This document shows positions 11,026 through 22,750 of a stretch of 64,000 nt of DNA, one piece after another. The notes beneath the pieces were generated by a model. The model did not search any database and was not told where the DNA came from. It saw only the letters and a list, made by a program, of their open reading frames with translations. The translations under genes and the position numbers were made by a program. The stretch comes from Thermodesulfobacteriota bacterium. GTDB lineage: Bacteria; Desulfobacterota_D; UBA1144; Nemesobacterales; UBA2774. The stretch spans positions 1,344,001 through 1,408,000 of the forward strand of contig OY729416.1 in the NCBI GenBank assembly GCA_963422265.1, given 5' to 3'. Position 1 is the first letter of the stretch. The number at the start of each line of letters is the position of its first letter.

Positions 11026-11970
11026 TTGGATATATTCGTTAACATCTTATTTTCCCTCACCGGGCTTGCTGCCCTCTTTTTAGGTGGGGAATGGGTGGTC
11101 AGAGGCGCTTCCCGCCTAGCCCGGATCATCGGGGTAAGCCCTATAGTAATAGGGCTTACGGTTGTGGCGTTTGGGACTTCCGCTCCTGAATTCATCGTCT
11201 CTCTTATAGCTGCCCTTAAGGGTTCAAGCGATATAGCTCTCGGAAACATAGTCGGGAGTAATATATCAAATATAGGACTCATACTCGGCATATCAGCTAT
11301 CATAAGCCCCTTTGTAATTAACCTAAGACTAGTAAAGGTTACAGTCTCTTTTATGATTTTATCCTCTCTCGTTCTCTATTTTATAGCTTGGGGGCTTGAA
11401 ATTAACAGGATAGAAGGGGGGGGACTCTTTGGGATGCTTATCATTCTTATAACCTACACTTACCGAATTGCGAAAAAAGAAGCCCTTGATATTGAGCAGA
11501 AAAACGATCAAATACAGGGTCCTGAATATGCCAAGTGGAGGCAAGTGGGCTTGATCGCCCTTGGGCTAGTAGGATTGATTATAGGGGCAGAGCTTTTGGT
11601 TGACTCAGCTATTCTAGTCGCCAAAGCACTCGGCGTGAGCGAGCTTATTATCGGTATTACTGCAATAGCTGTTGGCACGTCCCTGCCTGAACTTGCCACC
11701 TCAATTATAGCAGCCATCAGGAAAGAGACCGATATTATGGTAGGCAACTTAATAGGTAGCAATGTTTTCAACGTGGGGATACTAGGGTTGGTCTCGGTTA
11801 TTAAGCCAATACGGGTAGAGGTATCGTTGCTCAGTTTTGAGCTCATAGCAGTGGTTTTCTTTTCGGTTTTGGTTCTTCCAATTATGGCGACGGGAGCTAG
11901 AGCAAATAGGTTAGAGGGGGTGTTGCTTCTAATATTTTATACTGCGTTTATTTTGAGTTTGTTCAAGTAG
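11026..11970 (+). CDS. Calcium/sodium antiporter (YrbG family)
   Basis: Two alpha repeats, GTSAPE and GTSLPE, with GSN motifs. Confidence 0.9.
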   Translation: MDIFVNILFSLTGLAALFLGGEWVVRGASRLARIIGVSPIVIGLTVVAFGTSAPEFIVSLIAALKGSSDIALGNIVGSNISNIGLILGISAIISPFVINLRLVKVTVSFMILSSLVLYFIAWGLEINRIEGGGLFGMLIILITYTYRIAKKEALDIEQKNDQIQGPEYAKWRQVGLIALGLVGLIIGAELLVDSAILVAKALGVSELIIGITAIAVGTSLPELATSIIAAIRKETDIMVGNLIGSNVFNVGILGLVSVIKPIRVEVSLLSFELIAVVFFSVLVLPIMATGARANRLEGVLLLIFYTAFILSLFK

Positions 11971-11977
11971 GCTTGTT

Positions 11978-13702
11978 TTAACGAGTGCGGAATTTAATTC
12001 CCGCTTTGGCTCTATCCCAGGTGTTTTCGCTTATTTCCTTGATTTCAGATACCTTGATCTTTTGCGTAGCGGTTATGGGGAACCCTTGCTTATAGACTTC
12101 TATGAACCTTGGGACCATAAAGACAGGGGATCTATCAGCCATCCACGTTACGAATTCAACCGGGTCAAACGTGGTGTCTCTCTTGAGCGTAATGTTGAGC
12201 TTAATTTCATCATCAGATATATTAGGCAGCCTAACTCCGACTGCTATAGCTTCCTGTACTGCTTTATACTCCATAGCCACGTCTTGCACTGCAATGGGGT
12301 CAACGTTTTCACCAGAGACGCGGATTCTACTATATCTTCCCTGAAAGTAGTATCGCCCTTCTATCCCTTTGGCAAATAGATCGTCAGAGTTAAAAAACCC
12401 ATCGTCATCAAAGGCTTCTCTGGTTCTTCTTTCATCTTTGAAATATTCGTTTAGAGTCGTATGTGGTATTAAAGGCTTTATAAACAAAAGTCCCTTTGCC
12501 TCATCAGGGGGGACAGGGGTTTCAAAAGGGTTCCAGAACGGACGGACTATTTCACTTGTATCCTCCGGGTTTCTAAGTTCTACGTAATAGCCTTCCATGG
12601 GATAGCCAGATGACCCGGGACGATCGTCTTCTGGGTCTTTCCATAGCACCATACCCATCTCGGTAGAACCATAACCGTCTATAACGCGCGTATTAAAGCG
12701 GTCTTGAAATTCCTTGAGGTTTCGGGGCGCGGGACCGGAGAGAACGGTTCTGATTTTATGCTTTTTATCCCACTCACTAGGTTCGGCTGCCCACAAGTAC
12801 TCAGCAACCGCCCCAAGCATTCCAACGTAAGTCGCCCCACATTCATAAGCCCACTTCCAAAAATTTGACGCTGAAAATCTAGGGAAGAAAACAACGCTCG
12901 CCCCAGCGCCTATCGCACTAAAAAGACCCATGACCTGGGCGTTAGCGTGTCCAAGCGTTAGCACGCTCATAAGGACATCTTCACTCCTTATGCCCTGTTG
13001 CTGTATGAAGCCCCTTACGGTAAGCACTACACCTCCATGGTTTCTTGACACGCCCTTTGGCATACCTGTGGTTCCAGAGGTGAACATACATCTCTCGACG
13101 TCCTTAATGGTTACGTCAACTTCAGGATTTTCATCCGAGTAGCTATCAAATACGGAGAATGGCAGCGTTTTTATGCCATTTATATCATTGGGAACATTAT
13201 TGGAATCGCCTGTCATAAATATTACGTCAAGGTTTTGCAGGTCTTTCGCTATTTGCTTGATGAACTCTGAGCTCTCAGGATCAACGATAAGGGCGCTCAT
13301 TTCCGAATAGTTGATTACGTAAGCTAGTCTATCTCCCTTTTCATCCTTATTAATTGGAACCTGAACGGCTCCAGTTTTATGACAGGCGAGGATAGAGACG
13401 ACGTATTCAGGGGAGTTAAGCATATATATTCCGACTTTTTTGCCTTTGTTAACGCCATGATCGTTCTTAAGACCGTTAGCTATTCGGTTTGCCCATTTAT
13501 TAGTTTCTTCATAGGTATAGTTATTATTGAGATTTCCATTCCTGTCCGCAACCTTAAACATTGTCTTATCAGGAAATGCAAGAGCTCCCTTTTCCAGATA
13601 TTTTGTGAGCGGTTGCCACTTAGACAAGTCCTCAAAGGTTCCGAAAGGAAGTTCACCTTCTCCTACGTATTTTGAATCACGCGGTTTTAATAGTAGCTGC
13701 AT
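11978..13702 (-). CDS. AMP-forming acyl-CoA ligase (CaiC-like), paralog 2
   Basis: Same motifs as 9084-10811 and colinear with it over the full length. Confidence 0.85.
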   Translation of the reverse strand: MQLLLKPRDSKYVGEGELPFGTFEDLSKWQPLTKYLEKGALAFPDKTMFKVADRNGNLNNNYTYEETNKWANRIANGLKNDHGVNKGKKVGIYMLNSPEYVVSILACHKTGAVQVPINKDEKGDRLAYVINYSEMSALIVDPESSEFIKQIAKDLQNLDVIFMTGDSNNVPNDINGIKTLPFSVFDSYSDENPEVDVTIKDVERCMFTSGTTGMPKGVSRNHGGVVLTVRGFIQQQGIRSEDVLMSVLTLGHANAQVMGLFSAIGAGASVVFFPRFSASNFWKWAYECGATYVGMLGAVAEYLWAAEPSEWDKKHKIRTVLSGPAPRNLKEFQDRFNTRVIDGYGSTEMGMVLWKDPEDDRPGSSGYPMEGYYVELRNPEDTSEIVRPFWNPFETPVPPDEAKGLLFIKPLIPHTTLNEYFKDERRTREAFDDDGFFNSDDLFAKGIEGRYYFQGRYSRIRVSGENVDPIAVQDVAMEYKAVQEAIAVGVRLPNISDDEIKLNITLKRDTTFDPVEFVTWMADRSPVFMVPRFIEVYKQGFPITATQKIKVSEIKEISENTWDRAKAGIKFRTR

Positions 13703-13736
13703 AACTTCACCCCATCTTGTTGATTTTTGGCATTGG

Positions 13737-14318
13737 TTAACTGCTTTTGCACTTAGCTATTGAAATGAAGTTCTTAAGTAAATCCTTCCCATGTTTCGTG
13801 AGAATAGACTCTGGGTGAAACTGCACTCCCTCTACCAATAACTCCCTGTGCTTGATACCCATAATTTCCCCCTCGTCCGTCCATGCGGTTACATATAAGG
13901 TATCAGGTAGCGATTCTTTATCAACTAATAGCGAGTGGTATCTTGTGGCTTCAAACGGGTCAGGCACGTTTTTGTAAATACCCTTACCGTCATGATAGAC
14001 TTGAGATGTCTTTCCATGAAGAAGTCTTTTCGCTCGCACTATTTTGCCTCCAAAAGCCTGAGCGACCGATTGGTGACCGAGACAAACCCCTAATACGGGC
14101 AGTTTACCTGCAAACTCTTTTACCGTATCCACGGATATGCCAGCTTCTTTTGGGGTGCATGGTCCCGGTGAAATCACTATCATTTCTGGATTGAGTTCGT
14201 CAATGTCCTCCAGCCCTATCTTATCATTTCTGTGGACGACTACCTCCTCTCCTAATTCAGCTATGTAGTGAACTAGGTTGTAAGTAAAGGAGTCGTAGTT
14301 ATCTATCATCAGTATCAT
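13737..14318 (-). CDS. trpG: Anthranilate synthase component II (glutamine amidotransferase)
   Basis: [21 protein letters not shown]; directly downstream of trpE. Confidence 0.92.
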   Translation of the reverse strand: MILMIDNYDSFTYNLVHYIAELGEEVVVHRNDKIGLEDIDELNPEMIVISPGPCTPKEAGISVDTVKEFAGKLPVLGVCLGHQSVAQAFGGKIVRAKRLLHGKTSQVYHDGKGIYKNVPDPFEATRYHSLLVDKESLPDTLYVTAWTDEGEIMGIKHRELLVEGVQFHPESILTKHGKDLLKNFISIAKCKSS

Positions 14319-14320
14319 TA

Positions 14321-15811
14321 TTACAGTCCCGCTTTAGCTGCCTCCACGGCTTTGACCAATGCTTTGACTTTGTTAACCGTCTCGTCATATTCCCTTTCAG
14401 GATCGGAATCGGCAACAATCCCAGCACCAGCCTGTATGTAAATCTGACCATTTTTGATTACAAACGTTCTGATTGTTATGCAGGTATCCATATTACCCGA
14501 AAAGCTGACGTATCCTACCGCTCCACCATAAGCTCCTCTTCTTGAAGGCTCCAGTTCTTCAACTATTTCCATAGCCCTTACCTTTGGCGCTCCTGAGAGC
14601 GTGCCTGCAGGAAACGTAGCCTTAATGACGTCAAAGGCGTCTTTGTCTGAATCTAGCTTTGCAACTACGTTAGATACTATGTGCATAACGTGGGAATACC
14701 TTTCCGTAACCATTAGCTCGTCAACGTGAACCGTTCCTGTTTCAGCTATCCTTCCTAAGTCATTTCTAGCTAGATCCACAAGCATTATATGCTCGGCTCT
14801 TTCCTTGGGATCTGCTAGGAGTTCCTTCTCAAGCTCTAAATCCTCAACTTCAGTTTTCCCCCTAGTCCTGGTGCCAGCGATAGGGCGACTTTCCAATTTG
14901 CCGTTCTCGACCCTAACCATAACCTCAGGAGAGGATCCAACTAGTGTCTCGGAATCCGTTCTTATATAAAACATATAAGGAGAGGGATTGAGAACTCTAA
15001 GGGCTCTGTATAAGTCAAAGGGATCAACATCGAGCTTTGTCTTCCATCTCTGAGAAATTACCGCTTGTATTATATCTCCAGCCTTGATGTATTCCTTGGT
15101 TTTTTTAACAGCTTTTTTGAAGTCCTTAGGCACAAAATTTGACTCAAGCCCGACTGTTACTTTACTATTGTCTTCATTACCTCGCCTTTTATTCTCTCCA
15201 TGTTGAACAGGGGCGGTCATTAGCTTTATGCTTAGATTCTCTATTTTATTTATAGCATTTTCATAAGCTGCCTCAGATTCTTCATGCTCCGGCACGTAAG
15301 CGTTGCATATAATTTTAATCTTATGGCTTACGTTATCAAAAACGAGGATAGAGTCGGTAATCACGAACAACGAGTCTGGTAGACTAAGCTCATCCTCCCC
15401 TACTGCAGGCAGATTCTCCACGAACCTTACTGCGTCGTAGCTGAAGTACCCAACGGCTCCACCGTGAAATCTGGGCAGCTCGGGAGAGTATATAGGTTTG
15501 TATCTCGACAAAAGTCTCCTGAGATTATCAAACGGATCGCCTACCGTTGTTTTAGTCAGACCGTTTTCCGTTATCTCTATTCGACTTCCCTTAGACCTAA
15601 AGATTACTGAGGGTTCAGAGCCGAGTATGCTGTACCTTCCCCACTTTTGCCCACCTTCCATGCTTTCTAACAAAAAAGCGTAACTGCCTGATTCTATTTT
15701 CTTAAAAGCTGATACGGGGGTGTCAAAATCAGCCAGCACCTCTTTCCAAATGGGGATTACGTTGCCTTGATTTAGCTTTTTCTTAAACCCTTCAAAGGAG
15801 GGGAAAATCAT
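14321..15811 (-). CDS. trpE: Anthranilate synthase component I
   Basis: [37 protein letters not shown]. Confidence 0.93.
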   Translation of the reverse strand: MIFPSFEGFKKKLNQGNVIPIWKEVLADFDTPVSAFKKIESGSYAFLLESMEGGQKWGRYSILGSEPSVIFRSKGSRIEITENGLTKTTVGDPFDNLRRLLSRYKPIYSPELPRFHGGAVGYFSYDAVRFVENLPAVGEDELSLPDSLFVITDSILVFDNVSHKIKIICNAYVPEHEESEAAYENAINKIENLSIKLMTAPVQHGENKRRGNEDNSKVTVGLESNFVPKDFKKAVKKTKEYIKAGDIIQAVISQRWKTKLDVDPFDLYRALRVLNPSPYMFYIRTDSETLVGSSPEVMVRVENGKLESRPIAGTRTRGKTEVEDLELEKELLADPKERAEHIMLVDLARNDLGRIAETGTVHVDELMVTERYSHVMHIVSNVVAKLDSDKDAFDVIKATFPAGTLSGAPKVRAMEIVEELEPSRRGAYGGAVGYVSFSGNMDTCITIRTFVIKNGQIYIQAGAGIVADSDPEREYDETVNKVKALVKAVEAAKAGL

Positions 15812-15977
15812 GGTGTGAAATAATAAGAAGCCCTCTGATTAAAGTCAAGGTGGTTATTCTGTGAGGTTACTGAAGCCCTAAAACTAATAGGTTCAAACAT
15901 GTCCCCAACTCCGAGCAGGGATTGGAAACTAAATGGTGGTTAATTATAATATGATTATTAATGAAGGTGGATAGTTA

Positions 15978-16346
15978 ATGATGGCTAATGCAAGAGTGGA
16001 TAAGGTCAATCCTCTTATTTTTCAACAATGTCGTGAACAAACAGGTTTGAGCATTGAGAAAGCCCAAGAGAAGGCAGGGGTAAAGACCCTTGGAAAAATA
16101 GAAACAGGCAAGACTAAACCTACTTTTAATCAGCTTGAGAGGCTCGCCCATCTGTATAATGTTCCACAATGGATTTTTCTAAAAGAACAACTACCCAGTC
16201 AGTATCGTTTTAGATCTATCCCCTCCTTCCGGCGGTTTGCCGATGCCAGCCCTGTTTTCGATAACTACAAAGTGAGGGTTATTACAACTTCGGATTACAA
16301 AAGCTATGTAAATTGTTCGGAATTAGAAGGGTATCTGATGCTCTAA
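15978..16346 (+). pseudogene. XRE-family HTH protein, probably a truncated XRE/ImmA-IrrE fusion
   Basis: N-terminal HTH (REQTGLSIEKA...KIETGKTKPTFNQLERLA) followed by a PSFRR linker typical of XRE-peptidase fusions; no HExxH domain follows. Confidence 0.55.
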
Positions 16347-16485
16347 AATTAGAAGGTTCACTGTGAAGTATTGTTTAGACACAAATTTGTATTCATTGTT
16401 GAATTATTACGTCGGTGTAGAATAAAGGTCTAAAGTTACAAATCCAAAATTGCGTAAAATCATCTATTAACTAGATTATAAATAT

Positions 16486-17847
16486 ATGCCAAATATAAAT
16501 CCACAGATTTTCAGGGAATACGATATAAGGGGAATTGTTGGAAGGGATGTTGATGCTGATGTCTTTGAAACTATAGGGAAGGCTTATGGAACACACGTGA
16601 AGGATTATGGGGGCAAGACGGTCTCCATGGGTAGGGATTGCAGGATCAGCTCCGCTGAGCTTGCTAAGGCTATGGCTAGGGGGATTAACTCTATTGGCGT
16701 TGACGTTATAGACATCGGATTAGTTACAACGCCTATGCTTTATTTCTCTCTTTATAATTTGGACGTGGATGGGGGAGTTATGATAACGGCTAGTCATAAT
16801 CCGGGGGAATATAACGGGATAAAAATGAGCGTTGGCAAGGACTCCATTTTCGGCAGTGAGATAAAAAAAATAGGTGATATTGCAAAGAGCGGTAATTTTA
16901 CTTTGGATAATGGGGCGTTAGAGCAAAGAGACATTAGAAAGGATTACATAGACTTCCTGATGAACAACGTGAGTATTAAGCCCGGCATCCGTCTAGCTAC
17001 TGATTACGGTAACGGCATGGTAGGGATTATAGGTCCCGAGGTACTGACAGCACTCGGTTGTGATTTGACCGAGCTTTACGTAGAACCTGATGGGACGTTC
17101 CCTAACCACCATCCTGACCCTACAGTTGAAGAAAACTTGGCTGAGCTTATTAAAACCGTGAAAGATAAACGGCTTGAGCTAGGCATAGGTTTTGACGGCG
17201 ATGGCGATAGGATAGGGGTTGTTGACGAGAACGGAAGCATAGTATGGGGGGATATGCTGGTGCTTATACTTGCAAGGGCAATTATTAAGGAGAGCCCTAA
17301 CACCAAGATAATAGGGGACGTTAAATGTTCTAATAGATTGTTTAACGGCGTGCAGGAAGCTGGAGGAAAGGCTATAATGTGGAGGACGGGACACTCGCTA
17401 ATCAAAAGTAAGATGAAGTCCGAAGGTGCCGCGCTTGCGGGAGAAATGAGCGGGCACGTATTCTTTGCCGATAAGTATTTTGGTTACGACGACGCCCTTT
17501 ACGCTTCATTGCGATTACTTGAGATCATATCAAAAACCGGAAAGAAGGTATCTGAGCTTTTGGACGGAGTTACCACTGCCATTTCTACCCCTGAGATCAG
17601 GGTTGATTGCCCTGAGGACATAAAGTTTCGGGTTGTAGAAGAGGTGACAGAGAAACTAAAGCATTATTATGAAGTTATAGATATAGATGGGGCAAGGGTA
17701 AACTTTCCTGATGGGTGGGGACTTGTAAGAGCTTCTAACACGCAGCCTGCCCTGGTCCTAAGGTTCGAAGCTGAAACTAACGATAGGCTTTCTGAAATCC
17801 GCTCAATAATAGAAGGTGAGCTAAGCGCCGCAATGGGTAGGTTATAA
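16486..17847 (+). CDS. Phosphomannomutase/phosphoglucomutase
   Basis: TASHNP phosphoserine loop, FDGDGDR metal loop, GEMSGH. Confidence 0.95.
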   Translation: MPNINPQIFREYDIRGIVGRDVDADVFETIGKAYGTHVKDYGGKTVSMGRDCRISSAELAKAMARGINSIGVDVIDIGLVTTPMLYFSLYNLDVDGGVMITASHNPGEYNGIKMSVGKDSIFGSEIKKIGDIAKSGNFTLDNGALEQRDIRKDYIDFLMNNVSIKPGIRLATDYGNGMVGIIGPEVLTALGCDLTELYVEPDGTFPNHHPDPTVEENLAELIKTVKDKRLELGIGFDGDGDRIGVVDENGSIVWGDMLVLILARAIIKESPNTKIIGDVKCSNRLFNGVQEAGGKAIMWRTGHSLIKSKMKSEGAALAGEMSGHVFFADKYFGYDDALYASLRLLEIISKTGKKVSELLDGVTTAISTPEIRVDCPEDIKFRVVEEVTEKLKHYYEVIDIDGARVNFPDGWGLVRASNTQPALVLRFEAETNDRLSEIRSIIEGELSAAMGRL

Positions 17848-18109
17848 TAGTCTAGTCTTGCTCTATTCTAGACGAAATAACACCAGACATAAAAACAATC
17901 GTTTGTTACAGCATTACACGCATTTAGAAAGTATTACTTCTTATAAAATATAAGTTAATAAAAACAAATTAACTATCACCTCTTTTTTTATATTATAATT
18001 ATTCAACTTTCATATTATAAGCACTCTACTATTGTTAAAATTATGCCTTGCCTGCCAGTAGCGAATAGGAATTGCCGTTTCTGGGTTGGGTGGAAGCCGA
18101 AGAATAACA

Positions 18110-20613
18110 ATGAGTGATAAAGCCAAAGAAAAGCGTTTTCTCAATGCGTTGGAAGCTCTGTTTACAGGGGCGGAAGTAGAGGGAGACTCCGGCTTCATCA
18201 ACCTGATGCGCATGAAGCGCGACTACTTCAAATCTATAAGTCCAAAGCTGATGGAAGCGATTGACGGGCGCGTTGAAAAAGACACCGCTTTTCGCGAGGA
18301 ATTGTTTGATAAACTCTACACATTCTTCTCCCGCTACTTTTGTGAAAGTGGTTCTATTTACTTTCGCCACCTGCCGGCTTTTTCAAAAACATACGAGCGC
18401 GTCTATGCCGATGGCGAGGACGTCGCTTTGTCGTGGAAAACACGGATGCTCTACTACGTCAAGTCCGACGTATTGGTGCGCTCCATGCCAGTTGATTTGA
18501 TTGATGAAAAAAAACCACAGAATACGAGGCGGTTTTACTTTAATGCATCTGAGGTTGAAAACAAGAAAAACAACGAGCGGCGTGAGTTTGTTTTTGAGTT
18601 TGACAAAGTGGAAAACCAGCAGGAAGGGTTGTTCATCTCAAGGTCGCCTATTCCGAAAGAGGCAGGAAAACCAAGACTGAAGACATTATCAAACAGTGCC
18701 GCAAAGTCGGTGTGTCGCTAACCGATGAACAGCTTAATAAAGCCATTAACATATTCCGCCGTCAGACTGAAGCAGATTTTTTTATCAACAAGGATGCACG
18801 TGGCTTTCTGTGTGAACAATTCGACCTGTGGATGTATCAATACATATTTCAGGAAGAAACCATCTTTCAGCAAGAGAGGCTTAGACAACTACAGTCAATT
18901 CAACAAACCGCCTACGACATCATCGACTTTATCTCCCAGTTTGAAGACGAGCTCTGCCGCGTGTGGGAAAAGCCTAAGTTTGTGCGCAACGTCAACTATG
19001 TAGTCACGCTAGACAAATTGACGGGCGGAGTTCTAAACAAGATATCAAAACATCAAGGCGCCAACGCGCAGATAGAAGAATGGCGCGAACTAGGGATGGT
19101 GGACGACCAGTTTTCAATCAAGGAGATATTCAACGGACAAAGGAGCCTTGATGACGCCAATGGCGCAAGCGGTGATTATAAATTTCTGCCACTGGACACC
19201 AAACATTTTAAGGACTTGGAGTTAGAGATCATTGACGCGCTAGGAAATTTAGACGAAGCGTTGGACGGTGAGCTTGTGCATAGCGAAAACTGGCAGGCGT
19301 TGAATACCTTACAGAAACGATACAAAGAGAAGGTGAAATGTATTTATATTGATCCGCCGTTTAATTTGGATAGTAGCGACCAGTTTAACTACCGAACAAA
19401 CTATAAAAATTCCTGTTGGGCAACACTATTGGAAAATAGAATTTCCCTGGGGAAAAACTTTCTTTCTGATGACGGATCAATTTTTGTGCGGTGTGATTAT
19501 AACGGGAATTGGATTGTGAGATTTCTTATGGACAATACATTTAATCATGAATTGATCAACGAAATACAAGTGAATACTACTCAGAAGATATTTGAAGGTG
19601 TCCATGGCTATAACATTGCTACGAATTCGCTTTTTTGGTATGGAAAGTCTTACCATGTTTATATTTCTCCACAGAGAATAGCAAGAGATAACATCTATTG
19701 GTTGCCATGCCATTCCGGTGGCGAACGAAAGCCTCCAGAAAGAAACTTCTTTGGAAAAACACTGTTACCCCCTTCTGGTAGGCATTGGACTTTTATTCAA
19801 GACAAAATTGATTACATGATTAAGGATAATAGGATAAGGATAAATCAGGATAAAGAGTATGAAGATATGCGAGGAAGTTTAATTAAAGGGATGCCAGAAT
19901 ATCAGATTGCAGAACGAAAATTACTTAATTCCAATTGGACAGATATCCCGGGATACACTTCTACAACAAGTTTTCCAACCGAAAACTCAGAGAAATTACT
20001 CAACCGAGTAGTTAAAACTGCTTCTATGAGAGAGAATGTCGTTTGTGACTTCTTTTCTGGTTCCGGCACCACCACCGCAGTCGCGCACAAACTTGGTCGC
20101 AAATGGATCGGAGTGGAAATGGGAGAGCATTTTTACAGCGTGATTTTACCAAGAATGAAAAAAGTTTTGGCTTATGATAAATCTGGAATTTCTAAAGAAG
20201 TAAAAGAATACAAGGGTGGCGGTGCATTCAAATACTACGCGCTAGAGCAATACGAAGAGACACTGAAAAACGCTCACTATCAAGATGGCGAGCAGATTGA
20301 AATAGACAGCATGAAATCACCGTTTGAGCAATACGTCTTCTTCGGCGACGACAAACTCGCCCATGCCGTTAAGCTCCCGAAGAAACCTAGCAAGGACGGT
20401 AAACTGAAGATCAACCTGCGCAGCCTCTACGCGGATATCGACATCGCCGAGTCCCTCTCCAACGTCCTCGGCAAACCTATCCGCAAACGTACTGCCGACA
20501 GAGTAACTTTTGAAGACGGCACTACCAAGAAAACCAACCCCGCAAAGATGACGGCAGCAGAACAACAGGATTTCATCTCTCTCATCAAACCCTATCTGTG
20601 GTGGGGGGAGTGA
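18110..20613 (+). pseudogene. mod: Type III R-M methyltransferase (Mod), frameshifted near 18626-18628
   Basis: ORFs 18110-18721 and 18712-20613 join if one base is added at GGG 18626-28 (..QQEG-VVHLKVAYSERGRKTK..). Motifs YIDPPFN and DFFSGSGTT. Confidence 0.85.
20261..20613 (+). repeat. mod 3' segment, copy A1 (~350 bp)
   Basis: Near-identical, with scattered substitutions, to 22738-23088. Confidence 0.95.
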
Positions 20614-20643
20614 AATAATACGCAAACTAAAGGGGGAAACACC

Positions 20644-22614
20644 ATGAAACTTAAACAATATACCGTTAAAGAATTCCAAAGCGTCTGGGATTCAGGGGCC
20701 ATCAAAATAGAAGACAAGATAACGTGTCTTGTCGGCAAAAATGAAGCCGGGAAAACGGCTTTGCTTAAAGCTCTTTATCGCACTAACCCTGTTACTCAAG
20801 ATGACAATGTCTTTGATATAACTTACGACTACCCGAAACGTGAAGTGGAGGATTACAGTATTGCGGTTGATAGTAACGAACGAGAAAAGGCTGTGGTGGT
20901 GTCGTGCGAATATGAACTTGAAGACAAGGATATGGAGCACATTCATGAGCATCTTGGTTCTGGGACTTTGAAGCAGAAGACCTTTCAGGTAGAAACATAT
21001 TATGGCGATGATAAAAGCAGGTATGTTCTGGATGTGGATGAAGGGAAGGCAAGACAGCATCTTGCGAGTAACCCAAATCTTGTAGAATCGTTAAAGAGTA
21101 AATTGAGAGATGCGAATGATTGGAATAGGTTCGCTGCTGTGCTTAACAAAGAAGTTGAGTCTATAGGTGCCATTTCAGAGATAAAAAATTTAGTTAAAAA
21201 TATCAATGAACAGGGCTTGTCATCCTACATTGCTGAAAAATGGATACAGCCACATATACCGAAATTTCTCTACTTTGATGAATACTATCAAATGCAGGGT
21301 TGCACAAATCTGGATGCGCTTATTGGGCGAGAAAGCCAAAATCAACTTGAAAATTCGGATTGTCCTCTAATCGGTTTAATCAATCTTGCTCGCCTTGATC
21401 TTCATACACTGACGAAGATAAGCAACACCACAGAACTAAAAAATAAACTTGAGAGTGCGAGTAACTATTTGACAAAACAAATAATTAGTTATTGGTCACA
21501 AAACAAGCATATTAGGATGATATTTGACGTGCGCCCTGGAATGTCGAGCGACCCTGAAGGGATGCGGCAAGGTATGAATATCTGGAGCGCAGTCTATGAT
21601 TCTGTTCATCTTGCGAGTACGCCTCTCAGCTCTCGGTCAAAGGGTTTTGTATGGTTCTTCTCCTTTATTGCCTGGTATGAAGATATTAAACGGAAGAAAG
21701 GAAATGTCATCCTCTTGCTGGATGAACCTGGTTTGTCCTTGCATGGCAGGGCGCAGGGCGATTTGCTCAGGTATTTTGAGGAAGGGTTGTCAGAGCATCA
21801 ACTTATCTATTCGACGCATTCTCCTTTTATGATAGACCCGCGAAGGTTCGAACGAATACGGATTGTTCAAGATTCAGGAATTGACACTGATAAACAGCTT
21901 CCGAAGGAAGAAGATGGCACCAAGGTTCTATCCGATGTTTTTGCCGCCACCAGCGACAGTTTGTTTCCTCTTCAAGGCGCTCTTGGCTATGAAATACAAC
22001 AAACTCTGTTTGTAGGCCCAAATGTGCTTATCGTGGAAGGTCCTTCTGACATGCTTTTCCTTTCAGCGATATCCGGTCAGATGGAACGCGAAGGACGCAT
22101 CGGGTTGTCGGAGAAATGGGTTATTACACCTGTTGGTGGTAGTGGGAAGATTCCTACTTTTGTTTCATTGCTGACATCCCAGAGAGGTTTAAATATTGCT
22201 ACTCTTCTGGATGTTCAAAATAAAGACCGTCAACAAATCGAAGTAATGTATCAGAAAAAGATGCTCAAGAAAAAACAAGTACTTACTTACGCAGAATTTC
22301 TAAACCGGAACGAGGCAGATATTGAAGATATTTTTGAACGAAACTTTTATATCAATCTTGTTAATCAAGAATTCAAGAAGGAACTTGCTGATAAGCAGAT
22401 TGAGGTGAAAATGCTTAATGAAAAAGAACCACGCACAGTTCGAGCGATAGAAAAATATCTTGAAAAAAATCCATTTATATCAGGTTCGTTCAGCCACTAT
22501 CGCCCGGCTCGATATTTTATGGAACATGTTGATGATTTGTGGAGAGACTTGCCAACAAAATCAAAAGATTACTTTGAAGATATTTTCAAGAGACTTAATG
22601 AAATGCTGAAATAA
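20644..22614 (+). CDS. OLD-like ATP-dependent nuclease (ABC-type ATPase plus TOPRIM)
   Basis: Walker A GKNEAGKT, Walker B LLLDEPG, STHS switch, TOPRIM-like VEGPSD and later acidic motifs. Confidence 0.78.
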   Translation: MKLKQYTVKEFQSVWDSGAIKIEDKITCLVGKNEAGKTALLKALYRTNPVTQDDNVFDITYDYPKREVEDYSIAVDSNEREKAVVVSCEYELEDKDMEHIHEHLGSGTLKQKTFQVETYYGDDKSRYVLDVDEGKARQHLASNPNLVESLKSKLRDANDWNRFAAVLNKEVESIGAISEIKNLVKNINEQGLSSYIAEKWIQPHIPKFLYFDEYYQMQGCTNLDALIGRESQNQLENSDCPLIGLINLARLDLHTLTKISNTTELKNKLESASNYLTKQIISYWSQNKHIRMIFDVRPGMSSDPEGMRQGMNIWSAVYDSVHLASTPLSSRSKGFVWFFSFIAWYEDIKRKKGNVILLLDEPGLSLHGRAQGDLLRYFEEGLSEHQLIYSTHSPFMIDPRRFERIRIVQDSGIDTDKQLPKEEDGTKVLSDVFAATSDSLFPLQGALGYEIQQTLFVGPNVLIVEGPSDMLFLSAISGQMEREGRIGLSEKWVITPVGGSGKIPTFVSLLTSQRGLNIATLLDVQNKDRQQIEVMYQKKMLKKKQVLTYAEFLNRNEADIEDIFERNFYINLVNQEFKKELADKQIEVKMLNEKEPRTVRAIEKYLEKNPFISGSFSHYRPARYFMEHVDDLWRDLPTKSKDYFEDIFKRLNEMLK

Positions 22615-22750
22615 TGACCCCTGCCCTTGAAACCATATCCCAATCCCTAAACTACGGAGACCTGCCTGAAACATGGCGTGTGCCAGATATTGAACGGTTT
22701 TCACCTGATAAAACGCTTTACGATTATCAGGAAGACTCACTGAGAAACGC
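22614..22750 (+). repeat. res 5' segment, copy B1 (137 bp)
   Basis: Diverged copy of 25107-25243. Confidence 0.95.
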
